From Octopus vulgaris (Eukaryota): a DNA stretch of 64,000 nucleotides. Positions 13,572-25,945 of the stretch are shown here, one piece after another. Below the pieces are notes generated by a model. That model did not search any database, had not been told where the DNA came from, and saw nothing but the letters and a program-made list of their open reading frames with translations. The position numbers were made by a program, and so were the translations under genes. Within the stretch, counting starts at the first letter, position 1, and the number at the start of each line of letters is the position of its first letter. The DNA lies in the NCBI GenBank assembly GCA_951406725.2, contig OX597819.1, positions 10,726,001 through 10,790,000 of the forward strand, written 5' to 3'.

Positions 13572-13972
13572 TACTCTTTTACTTGTTTCAGTCATTTGAC
13601 TGCGGCCATGCTGGAGCACCGCCTTTAATCGAGCAACTCGACCCCGGGACTTATTCTTTTGTAAGCCCAGTACTTATTCTATCAGTCTCTTTTGCCGAAC
13701 CGCTAAGTAACGGGGACATAAACACACCAGCATCGGTTGTCAAGCAATGCTAGGGGGACAAACACAAACACCCAAACACACACACGCATATATATATATA
13801 CATATATACGACGGGCTTCTTTCAGTTTCCGTCTACCAAATCCACTCACAAGGCTTTGGTCGGCCCGAGGCTATAGTAGAAGACACTTGCCCAAGGTGCC
13901 ACGCAGTGGGACTGAACCCGGAACCATGTGGTTGGTAAACAAGCTACTTACCACACAGCCACTCCTGCGCCT
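13572..13972 (-). mobile_element. SINE family A, full length
   Basis: Reverse complement of family A ending at CCACTCCTGCGCCT. Confidence 0.92.
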
Positions 13973-14029
13973 TGGTTAACTCAATCATTTCTGACACAAG
14001 GTCAACAGATTGCTCAGCTTTCACTTTAA

Positions 14030-15340
14030 GCAATACCGGCGAAACAAATTATTTAGAACTGACCAAAAAAAAGATTTTATCAAAAGATTAATGACGGTAA
14101 AAAATGTGAAATATTAGACCCTGATGCTGATGAAAGTCAACATTTCTGGGGTAAGATATGGAGTAAGCAAGAACAGCATTATGTTGAATGGCTCTGCAGC
14201 CGGAAGCAAACAGCTTCTTATCCCCAGCAAGAGGTTATCCACTTCACAAAAGACAGTATCAAAAATGTGACTAAAAAGATAAGAAATTGAAAAATAGCAG
14301 GACCTGATGGTGTACAGGAATTTTGGATAAAAAAAAAGTTCAGTAGTTACTATAAATTGATCACAGAGCAATTTAATGCATTGATCAATGGAGATGAAGA
14401 AATCCTAGGCTGATTGACAAAAGGACAAACAAAGTGTTGTGTCTGAAGAATGCATCAAAGGGAAATGCTGCTGGCAATTACAGGCCAATTTCTTGCCTCC
14501 CATTAATGTAGATGTTACTGTCAGGAGGAATTGCAGAAGATCTGCACAAATTTCTTGATGAGAACAATATTTTACCTATGTAACAAAAAGGCTATAGATG
14601 GAGATGCAGAGGTACCAAAGATCAATTATTGATGGACAAAATGGTAATGCAAGATTGTAAATGAAGGAGAATACATTTGGAAATGGCCTGGATTGACAAT
14701 CACAAAGCTTGTGACAGGATTCTACATTCATGGATCATTGAGTGCTTAGATCTGTTTGGAATTGCGAGGAATGTAACGTGTTTCATGAAGAGAAGTATGG
14801 TGGGGTGGAAAACTGAACTGACATCTTATGGAAAAAGCTTGGGCACCCTGGATATCAGAAAAGGGATTTTCCAGGGTGATAGCTATCTCCATTGCTTTTT
14901 GTTCTCTGCATGACACCCCTGACCTTGGTACTTAGGAAAATGAACCTAGAGTATCAACTAAAGGGAAAATCCCAAACAATCAACCATCTCCTCTTCATGG
15001 ATGATTTGAAATTGTATGGCAAGGATGAGACACAAGTGAGTTCCTTGGTGAAGGCAATCCACTGTTTTAGTGCTGATATTAGAATGGAATTTGGACTTAA
15101 ATTTGTACCTAAAGAGAGGCAAGGTACAGTCTCTGGCGGGGACAGAACTTCCGAACAGCGACTTGATGAAACAAATTGAAACAGAAGGCTAAAAAATACC
15201 TTGGTTTACTAGAGTTCAAAGAGATAATGGAGAAGGAACTGAAAGAGCAACTGAGGATGGTATATTTCCAAAGACTAAGGTTGGAGTTGCACTCAAAATT
15301 GACTGGGTGGAATAAAATCCAAGCAGTTAATAGAAGAGCA
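14030..15340 (+). pseudogene. Decayed non-LTR retrotransposon RT (R4/Dong-like)
   Basis: ORF fragments MAWIDNHKACDRILHSWIIECL, IRKGIFQGDS and INHLLFMDDLKLYGK...DIRMEFGLK correspond to RT motifs; multiple stops and frameshifts. Confidence 0.85.
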
Positions 15341-16249
15341 TTATAGAAAATGAAGGAGTGTATATATTAGATTAAAAAAGAACTTTATCTTAAGTTTGAA
15401 TAATAAAAGAAATATAAAAAACCTGCATTATTTATGGGATGACCCAATATATAGTTGGTTCTTGTGTTCAGTTTTATAGGTTGCAAGAGGGAAATGTTGT
15501 TATTTAAAGGGTTAGAGGCTAAAAACCACCAATTTTTCATTTACAACTTAGGTTAAGTGGTTATGTGTTCTATTTTATGTATAAATAACAAAGCTAAAAA
15601 AACCACAGATTCTGAAAAAGTTTTATGAAATATACATTAGTCTTATAAATACATATCAAACTGGGAATTATATTGCAGTCAGGAAATAATATTCTACAGC
15701 CCTCACATGGAAACCATTAACAGATATAATTAGATTAGTTTCTTTGGAAAACCAGAAACAAAGACCTCTTAGTTAATCAAATGCAATGCTATCAATAAAA
15801 CAAATATTTCAAACAGCATTATGTGTTGAAAGTGCCACCAAGTCTGGTGTATAATCTGAACTCTAACATCATTAAATTTCCATATACCAATTGGCTGACC
15901 ACATGCTCCTGTTTACACTCTCACTTACCACCAGTTAAAAATTACTGAGGATGGTCATACATGGCTGCATCTGTTAAATGCGAACAACAGACTAAGTTAA
16001 ACCGATTTTCTCAAGGTAATCAATTGATAGCAACCACATTATCTATATGTAGCCATTTTGCTAATTCACATATTGAGCATGTACTTGGAGAGTTAAGTAA
16101 TAAATGTGATCAATTTTCGACTTCAATATTTGAAAATTGATCAAGTTTTAGTTATCTATTTATAGAGAGTCACCTGCACATTTATATATTTATAATAGTC
16201 ATGTTTGATCAGTATAGAACTTGCACAAAACAGCAGAGAAGAAAAGACA

Positions 16250-16365
16250 GAATACATATACACACACATATAATATATATATATATATATACACACGCAT
16301 CATATATATATGTATATATACACACACATCATATATATATGTATATATACACACACATCATACAA

Positions 16366-16397
<32 letters not shown>

Positions 16398-16405
16398 CAT
16401 ATATA

Positions 16406-16446
<41 letters not shown>

Positions 16447-16493
16447 CATATATATATATGTGTGTATATATATATATATACACATCATATATA

Positions 16494-16554
<61 letters not shown>

Positions 16555-16560
16555 TATACA
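16250..16560. repeat. Compound (TA)n/(CA)n microsatellite with recurring CACACATCATATA units
   Basis: Direct reading. Confidence 0.9.
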
Positions 16561-16899
16561 TATAGGTGCAGTGTAACTGTGAAATAAGCTTGTTTCCCAA
16601 TCACATGGTTCCGGGTTCAGTCAATTTGTTCGACTAAATAAATAAATATATATATATAAGACTAATCAAATTTACGTTGTCAAATGTATTTGAAGAGTTA
16701 GAAACTGGTCCTGCATTATCCGATTCTAGGTTGTCCATTTATTGAATGTTCTTCCTAGAGGTAAGATAAATTTTTTTTTATGTTTGTTGCACACACATGT
16801 CTTTGCTTGGATATACGCAGTGAAGCTATGCAATAGCGTCGTTTTTATATCAACTGCTATTTTCCAGTAAATATTGGTGCCTTGTTGTACCATTTATCT

Positions 16900-16938
<39 letters not shown>

Positions 16939-17113
16939 GTTTAAATATTTGTTGTGCAAGATTTTTTATGTGAAGTCGTGTGTTGAAACAGATATTGTTA
17001 TATTTCGGAATGGTCATATTGCCAGTTTAGCCAATAAAAACACACGCACTATATATTTGGTGTTATTTTGCTTCAGTGATATTTATTTTTTACATTAATC
17101 TTAATCTTATTTC

Positions 17114-17158
17114 GGCCAAAGTTCTTTCGTCACACTCCTGTGACCGCATCAGTGGTCC
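17114..17158 (-). ncRNA. Minimal type-I hammerhead-like motif in the Penelope 3' terminal region (left copy)
   Basis: Minus strand GGACCA-CTGATGCG-GTCACA-ggag-TGTGAC-GAAA-G-aa-C-TT-TGGCC; perfect 6-bp stem II, but core A9 is C. Confidence 0.5.
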
Positions 17159-17681
17159 TTTGTTTTCTTCTCACTTACTTGTGTCTCTCCTTACTAACCG
17201 TCAGCCATTTTGTATTTCTATTGTATGTCTTCATTTGCGCATGCTTATATCTCTATGTGCGTCTATGTTTATTTAGTGTGTGTGTGGGGGGGATGCCTGT
17301 AATATTTGTATCTTCTGGTTATATACATTCTTGTAATTTGTATTTTGTTTTTGTTGTTGTTGCTTTTGTTCTAATTTTATTCATGTGTTTACATCCACCC
17401 ATTATTATCATTACATATGCTTGTATGTATGTATAACAACAATATTAGTAATAATAATAATAAATCTAATCGAGAAAAAAAAAAAAAAAAAAGAATATAC
17501 ATATACATATATATATATACATACATATACATATACATATATATATATATATATATACATATATACACACATATATACACATATACATATACATATATAT
17601 ACACATATACATATATATAGATATTCATTTCTATTTCTTTAATTACCTGTGTATTTATTATGTTTGCAGGATCCACTATTG

Positions 17682-20041
17682 TCATATGTTGTGGTGTGCG
17701 CTATTGCTCCATTCTAGTTTTCTATTCAGGCTAGGTTTATTTTCTATTATATGTGTAGCTTCTGTAATTTGTCTAATTGTTGCATCTGTTCTATGTGTGG
17801 ACAATATCTTAATCTCTATGTTATTGATTGATCCCCCGTGTTCTTGTTCGGCGTGTTGGTACAGAATCGATGAGCTTTTACCTTCCTTGAGTTGTCTCCA
17901 ATGTTCATTCACCCGCTCACCAATGCTTCTTGCAGTTTCCCCTACGTATGTTACTGTCTTGTTACTGCATCGTCCCTCTATACATCTTATACTATAGACC
18001 ACATTTCTGGCTTTACAGTTCGTTTGTGGGCTAAATCTACATACAGTGCAATAGTTATCCGTACAGAGAGTTCTACTAAAAGGATAGGTTCTACCAATTA
18101 TAGATCTGATAGGGTTGCCTGGCTTTTCAACAACCTTAATTCTTAGTTTAAGTTTATCTAGGGTCCTTCTAAAGCGGTACGCTAGTTCACCTCCAGGGGT
18201 GGTGTCAACGAACATGACACTCTGGTATTTATGGCTATCATACCAAGAGTTGGCCTTCCTTATTTTCTTTTTGTCCTTTCTATAGTGTTCCATGACTTGT
18301 TCCTATAGAGTGGGCAAATCCCATTCCTATCATTACATAATATATTATCAAATTTCTTCATGGCTCCTTTGTATACTCTGATCCTTTCTTTATGGCTGTA
18401 ACCTGAGAACTGCATGCGGTGAATGAAATACCGTATGTGTCTCTTTAATTCTGTAGGCTCGCACATGCGTGACACATTTCTCATTATTCTGACGAGGTCT
18501 GCCATCAAAATATTGAATTTGGCATTGCCCGCAATGGCTGAGTTCCGGTGGATCAGGTATTTTGAGGCCATAGGTTTTGCATAGTATGAATGAAGGATTT
18601 GGGTTTTATTTTTCACAATTTCTAGCCAGAGTTCAGTGTCTAGTACTGGTAGTCTATGGTTGGGGTGTTTAGTGGGGTAGTCTATTGTGACCTTAATACT
18701 CTGGTGGATGGAGTTAGCTATTTGCTGGATGCTCTCCATAGTATTAGTTTCTATTACTATATCAACAGTACTTTCTTGTGGGGGTGCCTTTACTACTATA
18801 TTGATATCATCAACATAGCGAGAGTACATGTTTACTAGTATGGATTTCTGCAGTAGGCATTCTTTAAGCCTTCTGTCCCACCATACCATGAAGAGGTTGG
18901 CCACATCACCAGCGATACTAACACCGATGGCTGCCCCCTCGTCCTGGGCATATATTTTATTATTAAATTTAAATGTGTGGCCTTTTAGGGTAACTCTTAT
19001 ACTAGCTCCTAGTGCATGTGCGATCATTTTCTTTACCTGATGGACATTTGCGGGGCTCCGTATGGCTCTGGTCCATCCGCGCCATCTTTCTATATGTGTC
19101 TTCCTAGCCATAGAAGTAATTGTAGGCGGTCTACCTCTTAAACATCTACTGGGGCAGAAACTACTAAGATTATGTTTATCTAAGTATTCACTATTATATG
19201 TCAGTCTAAGTAGGAGGCCCAGTTCTTCTGTGTCGACATTACAGAACTCCACCTGGCTCTCGTTGATCATCTCCACGCACTTCTCCACTGCAAAATCTAC
19301 GTCAATCGATGGGTATAGGGATACCACATCCATGCTACCTACTATACATCCTGTCAAGTCACAAGTTTTGTTACAGTCACTGATCCTGCTTAGGAGATCT
19401 TCTGTGCTGTCACATACATCAGGTGACATCCTGATTATAGGGCGTATGATCATTGAGAGGAAGTAGGAGATTCTGTAATTGCTAGCGATATTCGCTCCAC
19501 AGACTGGTCTTGTTGGTGGTCCTGCTATAGGGTCAGTAAAACCTTTATGGTCCTTGCGAAGTCCATACAGTGCCGGGATATCATTGTTCCAGGCTTGGAA
19601 ATTCTTTGCAGTACGTTTCTGAGGTCCCAGAACAATTGTCCACATCATCATGTGGGCATTGAGGACCTTTTCTCTCTCCTCATGCGCCTGTACAGTTGTT
19701 ACTTTTGTATTGGCGATATGAGGTTGCATTGCCTGGATGTAGTTCGGTAAGCTGTCTATTGACATCCTGCCGGACTTATCCGTGGGAAGGCATATCACCT
19801 CTCCGTTCCTCGTGCGCTGAATGAGCTTCTGTAGGCCACATGCAGGTTTAATCCCTAGTTGTTGGGCATCTGTCTTATTCTGTCTCTGTCTCTTAATGTA
19901 TAAACCTAAAATCTGTCTAAGTTTGGTCCTAGCTATAGTGAACTGTGCTTCCATGTGGTCATTAGTACGTCTTGGGATGTATACCCTTTTGTTGAAGGGT
20001 AATGTTGTTGGATAAATTCGGTTCTTCAACGTATGCGACAA
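17682..20041 (-). pseudogene. Penelope-like RT-GIY-YIG ORF, left copy, with a 1-nt frameshift near 18270
   Basis: ORFs 18260-20041 ([37 protein letters not shown]) and 17682-18293 (NVVYSIRC...YVGET...ER..EH) are joined by the loss of one A relative to the right copy (5 vs 6 A in GGACAAAAAAG). Confidence 0.9.
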
Positions 20042-20410
20042 AACTTACTGCATGAACCGAACTACTGCATGAACTAGGGATTAAACCTGCATGTGGCCTA
20101 CAGAAGCTCATTCAGCGCACGAGGAACGGAGAGGTGATATGCCTTCCCACGGATAAGTCCGGCAGGATGTCAATAGACAGCTTTCTAGGGTTATCTTCAT
20201 TATCGTTACTGTTTCCAACATCAGCCTTCCTATTATTATTATCAGAAACGTACTGCAAAGAATTTCCAAGCCTGGAACAATGATATCCCGGCACTGTATG
20301 GACTTCGCAAGGACCATAAAGGTTTTACTGACCCTATAGCAGGACCACCAACAAGACCAGTCTGTGGAGCGAATATCGCTAGCAATTACAGAATCTCCTA
20401 CTTCCTCTCA

Positions 20411-22183
20411 ATGATCATACGCCCTATAATCAGGATGTCACCTGATGTATGTGACAGCACAGAAGATCTCCTAAGCAGGATCAGTGACTGTAACAAAACT
20501 TGTGACTTGACAGGATGTATAGTAGGTAGCATGGATGTGGTATCCCTATACCCATCGATTGACGTAGATTTTGCAGTGGAGAAGTGCGTGGAGATGATCA
20601 ACGAGAGCCAGGTGGAGTTCTGTAATGTCGACACAGAAGAACTGGGCCTCCTACTTAGACTGACATATAATAGTGAATACTTAGATAAACATAATCTTAG
20701 TAGTTTCTGCCCCAGTAGATGTTTAAGAGGTAGACCGCCTACAATTACTTCTATGGCTAGGAAGACACATATAGAAAGATGGCGCGGATGGACCAGAGCC
20801 ATACGGAGCCCCGCAAATGTCCATCAGGTAAAGAAAATGATCGCACATGCACTAGGAGCTAGTATAAGAGTTACCCTAAAAGGCCACACATTTAAATTTA
20901 ATAATAAAATATATGCCCAGGACGAGGGGGCAGCCATCGGTGTTAGTATCGCTGGTGATGTGGCCAACCTCTTCATGGTATGGTGGGACAGAAGGCTTAA
21001 AGAATGCCTACTGCAGAAATCCATACTAGTAAACATGTACTCTCGCTATGTTGATGATATCAATATAGTAGTAAAGGCACCCCCACAAGAAAGTACTGTT
21101 GATATAGTAATAGAAACTAATACTATGGAGAGCATCCAGCAAATAGCTAACTCCATCCACCAGAGTATTAAGGTCACAATAGACTACCCCACTAAACACC
21201 CCAACCATAGACTACCAGTACTAGACACTGAACTCTGGCTAGAAATTGTGAAAAATAAAACCCAAATCCTTCATTCATACTATGCAAAACCTATGGCCTC
21301 AAAATACCTGATCCACCGGAACTCAGCCATTGCGGGCAATGCCAAATTCAATATTTTGATGGCAGACCTCGTCAGAATAATGAGAAATGTGTCACGCATG
21401 TGCGAGCCTACAGAATTAAAGAGACACATACAGTATTTCATTCACCGCATGCAGTTCTCAGGTTACAGCCATAAAGAAAGGATCAGAGTATACAAAGGAG
21501 CCATGAAGAAATTTGATAATATATTATGTAATGATAGGAATGGGATTTGCCCACTCTATAGGAACAAGTCATGGAACACTATAGAAAGGACAAAAAAGAA
21601 AATAAGGAAGGCCAACTCTTGGTATGATAGCCATAAATACCAGAGTGTCATGTTCGTTGACACCACCCCTGGAGGTGAACTAGCGTACCGCTTTAGAAGG
21701 ACCCTAGATAAACTTAAACTAAGAATTAAGGTTGTTGAAAAGCCAGGCAACCCTATCAGATCTATAATTGGTAGAACCTATCCTTTTAGTAGAACTCTCT
21801 GTACGGATAACTATTGCACTGTATGTAGATTTAGCCCACAAACGAACTGTAAAGCCAGAAATGTGGTCTATAGTATAAGATGTATAGAGGGACGATGCAG
21901 TAACAAGACAGTAACATACGTAGGGGAAACTGCAAGAAGCATTGGTGAGCGGGTGAATGAACATTGGAGACAACTCAAGGAAGGTAAAAGCTCATCGATT
22001 CTGTACCAACACGCCGAACAAGAACACGGGGGATCAATCAATAACATAGAGATTAAGATATTGTCCACACATAGAACAGATGCAACAATTAGACAAATTA
22101 CAGAAGCTACACATATAATAGAAAATAAACCTAGCCTGAATAGAAAACTAGAATGGAGCAATAGCGCACACCACAACATATGA
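20411..22183 (+). CDS. Penelope-like reverse transcriptase with C-terminal GIY-YIG endonuclease (uninterrupted 590 aa, N-terminally incomplete)
   Basis: [12 protein letters not shown] (motif A), QDEGAAIG (B), YSRYVDD (C), [13 protein letters not shown], Cys cluster CTDNYCTVC, and GIY-YIG-type NVVYSIRC...[16 protein letters not shown]...RQITEA...LN. Confidence 0.9.
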   Translation: MIIRPIIRMSPDVCDSTEDLLSRISDCNKTCDLTGCIVGSMDVVSLYPSIDVDFAVEKCVEMINESQVEFCNVDTEELGLLLRLTYNSEYLDKHNLSSFCPSRCLRGRPPTITSMARKTHIERWRGWTRAIRSPANVHQVKKMIAHALGASIRVTLKGHTFKFNNKIYAQDEGAAIGVSIAGDVANLFMVWWDRRLKECLLQKSILVNMYSRYVDDINIVVKAPPQESTVDIVIETNTMESIQQIANSIHQSIKVTIDYPTKHPNHRLPVLDTELWLEIVKNKTQILHSYYAKPMASKYLIHRNSAIAGNAKFNILMADLVRIMRNVSRMCEPTELKRHIQYFIHRMQFSGYSHKERIRVYKGAMKKFDNILCNDRNGICPLYRNKSWNTIERTKKKIRKANSWYDSHKYQSVMFVDTTPGGELAYRFRRTLDKLKLRIKVVEKPGNPIRSIIGRTYPFSRTLCTDNYCTVCRFSPQTNCKARNVVYSIRCIEGRCSNKTVTYVGETARSIGERVNEHWRQLKEGKSSSILYQHAEQEHGGSINNIEIKILSTHRTDATIRQITEATHIIENKPSLNRKLEWSNSAHHNI

Positions 22184-22708
22184 CAATAGTGGATCCTGCA
22201 AACATAATAAATACACAGGTAATTAAAGAAATAGAAATGAATATCTATATATATGTATATGTGTATATATATGTATATGTATATGTGTATATATGTGTGT
22301 ATATATGTATATATGTATATATATATATGTATATGTATGTGTATGTATATATATGTATATGTATATGTATATTCTTTTTTTTTTTTTTTTTTCTCGATTA
22401 GATTTATTATTATTATTACTAATATTGTTGTTATACATACATACAAGCATATGTAATGATAATAATGGGTGGATGTAAACACATGAATAAAATTAGAACA
22501 AAAGCAACAACAACAAAAACAAAATACAAATTACAAGAATGTATATAACCAGAAGATACAAATATTACAGGCATCCCCCCCACACACACACTAAATAAAC
22601 ATAGACGCACATAGAGATATAAGCATGCGCAAATGAAGACATACAATAGAAATACAAAATGGCTGACGGTTAGTAAGGAGAGACACAAGTAAGTGAGAAG
22701 AAAACAAA

Positions 22709-22753
22709 GGACCACTGATGCGGTCACAGGAGTGTGACGAAAGAACTTTGGCC
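22709..22753 (+). ncRNA. Minimal type-I hammerhead-like motif in the Penelope 3' terminal region (right copy)
   Basis: GGACCA-CTGATGCG-GTCACA-ggag-TGTGAC-GAAA-G-aa-C-TT-TGGCC; identical to the left copy. Confidence 0.5.
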
Positions 22754-22867
22754 GAAATAAGATTAAGATTAATGTAAAAAATAAATATCACTGAAGCAAA
22801 ATAACACCAAATATATAGTGCGTGTGTTTTTATTGGCTAAACTGGCAATATGACCATTCCGAAATAT

Positions 22868-22906
<39 letters not shown>

Positions 22907-22993
22907 TGAGAGAGTAACCACTATGTGGTCAACTCTAGTGCTGTGTTAAATTGATGGTATTATTAAATTAATATCAAATTTTTCACCCTCATT

Positions 22994-23047
<54 letters not shown>

Positions 23048-23071
23048 TACATATACACACACACATATACC

Positions 23072-23945
23072 ATCATCATCATCCTTTAATGTCTGTTTTC
23101 CATGCTGGTATGAGTTGGACTGTTTGACTGAGGACTGGCAAGCCAGGAGGCTGCACCAGGCTCCAGTTTGATCGAGCAGTGTTTCTACTGCTGGATGCCC
23201 TTTCTAATGCCAACCACTTGCTTTTTAGTGGGTGCTTTTTAGCTAGTGGTCATACTAGCTTCATTTCTTCTCAAGCCTGCACATGTCTTCAGCACTTACA
23301 GCCCATGTTTCACTGCCGTGTAGCATAGCAGTTCGCACACATGCATCATACAGTCTACCTTTCACACTGTGCAAGAGGCCCTTTGTCACCAGTAGAGGTA
23401 GGAGCTTTTTGAACTTTGCCCAGGCTATTCTTATTCTAGTGGCAACACTCTCTGAGCATCCACCACCACTACACACTTGGTCACCTAGGTAGCAAAAGCT
23501 ATCAACAACTTCTAGTTTCTTGCCCTGCCATGTGATGGAATCAGTTTTCTGAGCATCTATTGCCCCTGTGCATATGCTGCACACAAAAGCTATCTTCCAA
23601 ATTCAACTTCCTTTGATGTTGCTGCACTTATGCGTTCATAGCTTACACTGGGTACATCTTATGGAGTTTCTACCTACCCTTTTTCTACAGATCGAGCAGG
23701 GACATCTACCTGAAGGGGTTTGTGATGTGTTCGCCTTCCTACTTACTAGGACTTTGGTTTTTACAACATTGACTCCAAGGCCCTTCCATTCTAAACCTTG
23801 CTTCCACACCTGAAATTTCTTCTCTAGTTCTGGTAGTGATTCAACTATGAGAGCAAGGTCATCAGCATAGAGGAGCTCACAGGGGCAACCTGTCTTGAAT
23901 TCCTCTTTTATTGCCTGGAGGACTATGATGAATAAAAGGGGGTTT
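23072..23945 (-). pseudogene. RTE-clade LINE fragment: RT C-terminal part plus family E 3' end
   Basis: Minus strand ELLYADDLAL (~23850-23878) and LEVVDSFCYLGD...RIRIAWAKFKKL...GRLYDACVRTAMLHGSETW (23261-23584), followed by the family E UTR and (CAT)n at 23072. Confidence 0.85.
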
Positions 23946-24147
23946 TAGCCACTGCCTCATGGAATTCTTTGAAAATAAGGAAACAGAAGATAAATCAATC
24001 ATATAGATATGTGTAAAAAAGGCGATGTGTGCATAAAAGTTGTACTTATGCACTAGACAAAGTCCTACACTCATATACATACATACAGGTATATACACAG
24101 GCACACACATACACATCTAATATATACATACATATACTCACACGCGT

Positions 24148-24821
24148 ACACCATTTTGTAACTCAACTGTATTGTAACTTGTGATGAAAAGTGGATTCTG
24201 TACAATAATAAAAAACTTCCTTTGCAGTGGTTGGACCAAAATGAAGCACTGAAAACCTTCCCAAGATCCAAGCTCTTCAAAAAGAAGGTTATGGTGATTG
24301 TTTGGTGGTGTGCTGATGTACTCGTCCAATATAGCTTGTTAAAACCCAGAAAAACCATTACTGCAAAATTATATTGCCATGAAATTGTCAAAATGAATGA
24401 AAAAATGCTACTTCTCCATCTCAGACTGGTCAACAGAAGAGGGCCAATCATTCTTCACAACAATGCTTGATCACATGTTTCCCTAATGATGCTCCAGAAG
24501 TTGAGTGAACTTGGCTACGAAGTTCTTCCCCACCCAGCTTATTCCCCAGACCTTTCTCATATCGACTACCACTTTTTCAAGCACCTTGACGGTTTTTTGC
24601 AAGAGGAGTTTAAAAGTCAAACTCATGCTGAAAGTGCATTCAAAGAGTTCATCGGCTCCAGAACTCTAGATTTTAATGTTATCGGAATAAACGAACTTGT
24701 AACTGGTTGGTAAAAATGCGTTGATAGTAATGGTACTTACTTTGAAGAATAAAATTTCTGCATTGTTGAAATATATTGTGATGAATTTCATGTTTCAAAA
24801 TGTTGCTTACTTTTTACTCAG

Positions 24822-24829
<8 letters not shown>
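24148..24829 (+). pseudogene. Mariner transposase fossil, catalytic C-terminal half plus right end
   Basis: IVTCDEKWILYNN, KKVMVIVWW, PIILHNNA*SH, HPAYSPDLSHIDYHFF, W*KCVDSNGTYFE; terminates in TA. Confidence 0.9.
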
Positions 24830-24860
<31 letters not shown>

Positions 24861-24979
24861 GAGCGTTGTAGAGTACAGTGTAAAGCTCGTCCACTTTGAG
24901 ATTTCACATTGTGCTATCCAGTAGTAGTATTATACATACTTCCAGGTTTGCATTTGAACTTGTATCATGAGTGAATAGA

Positions 24980-25503
24980 TAACTAAAAAAATTGGAGTCA
25001 AGAAGGAGTATGGTTGGACATTTATTTTCAATCACTACAATTGTTTCTATGCAATGCAGTTCTCTAGTTGTGCAGATACTTGATTATGCAACCGTTTCCT
25101 TGCATTATGAGATCTAGTTGTTTCCTCAAGCGATATGTAATTATGGCCTCCGTAAGTTCAAATTCTTGGCTTCAAGACCATTCTGTCTGTCTGTCTGTCG
25201 TAGCATGAAGTTAGTTGTAGCCACTAAGTTTATCAAGGTGTATTGTTGGTGAAGTACTGTCAGCAAACTGCTTTAAATGTGTAGATGTAGTGGGATGGTG
25301 GTTCTGCTACTGTTGCAGTGGTTGTCGTTTTAAAGGGATTGGCATTTGATTTCCTTGTATTGTTGATTTTTTCTTCATTGTTAGTTATACATGGATCACA
25401 TATACATCCATATACATACTGACACACACACAGAAACAATTATAGTGATTGAAACTAAATGTCCAACCGTACTCTTTTTTGCTGACTCCAATTTTTTCAA
25501 TTA
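24980..25503. mobile_element. ~520-bp segment bounded by ~70-bp imperfect inverted repeats
   Basis: 24980-25048 (AAAAAATTGGAGTCA...GGTTGGACATTTA..TTCAATCACTACAATTGTTTCT) is complementary to 25432-25503. Confidence 0.65.
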
Positions 25504-25559
25504 TATATATTAAATTATAATAAAATCATCTTAAGTAATGAAAATGCATTCTTTTATTA

Positions 25560-25723
25560 GTCTTTTACTACTTTCAGTTATTCAGCCATAGCCATGCTGG
25601 GGGTGCCACCTTTAAGGGTTTCAGTTGATCATATCAATATTTATCAAATGGCTAAATTACTTTTGGCATAAAGAGGCACACTTCAATACACTGGTACAGA
25701 CATATTAAACAAGTATAGATGTA

Positions 25724-25755
<32 letters not shown>

Positions 25756-25945
25756 CATGCATACTCACACACCATGCAAACAAATTTTCACACAGTTTCT
25801 GTCAACTAAATTTCATTTCCAAAGTATTGGTTCACCAGAGGCTATAGTAGAAGCTACTTGCCCAAGGTTCCATACCACACAGAGGAATTAAAGCCAGAAC
25901 TGCATGGCTGCAAAGCAAACTTCTAAACCACATAGCTATGACTAT
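25560..25945 (-). mobile_element. SINE family A, old degenerate copy
   Basis: TTTCAGTTATT..GCCATGCTGG...GAGGCTATAGTAGAAGCTACTTGCCCAAGG. Confidence 0.6.

Larger units (their letters stand above)
16938..20041 (-). mobile_element. Penelope-like retroelement, left arm of an inverted pair
   Basis: 16992-19860 is the reverse complement of 20072-22875; encodes RT and GIY-YIG; its 3' end abuts (TA)n at 16904-16937. Confidence 0.93.
20072..22875 (+). mobile_element. Penelope-like retroelement, right arm of an inverted pair (5'-truncated, internal 126-bp replacement)
   Basis: Near-identical reverse complement of the left arm; ends in (TA)n at ~22876. Confidence 0.93.

Noticed and set aside
16201-17685. 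Many IY/HT-rich ORFs (also 22180-22482 and 63142-63809)
   Set aside because: Produced by (TA)n/(CA)n tracts that lack stop codons.
19062-19466. 134-aa and other ORFs antisense to the Penelope RT (duplicated at 20398-20802)
   Set aside because: Shadow frames of the RT ORF, duplicated only because of the inverted repeat.
20411-22183. Selenocysteine recoding, as recalled for some Naiad PLEs
   Set aside because: No in-frame TGA inside the ORF. The only TGA is terminal and is followed two codons later by TAG, and no SECIS was recognised.
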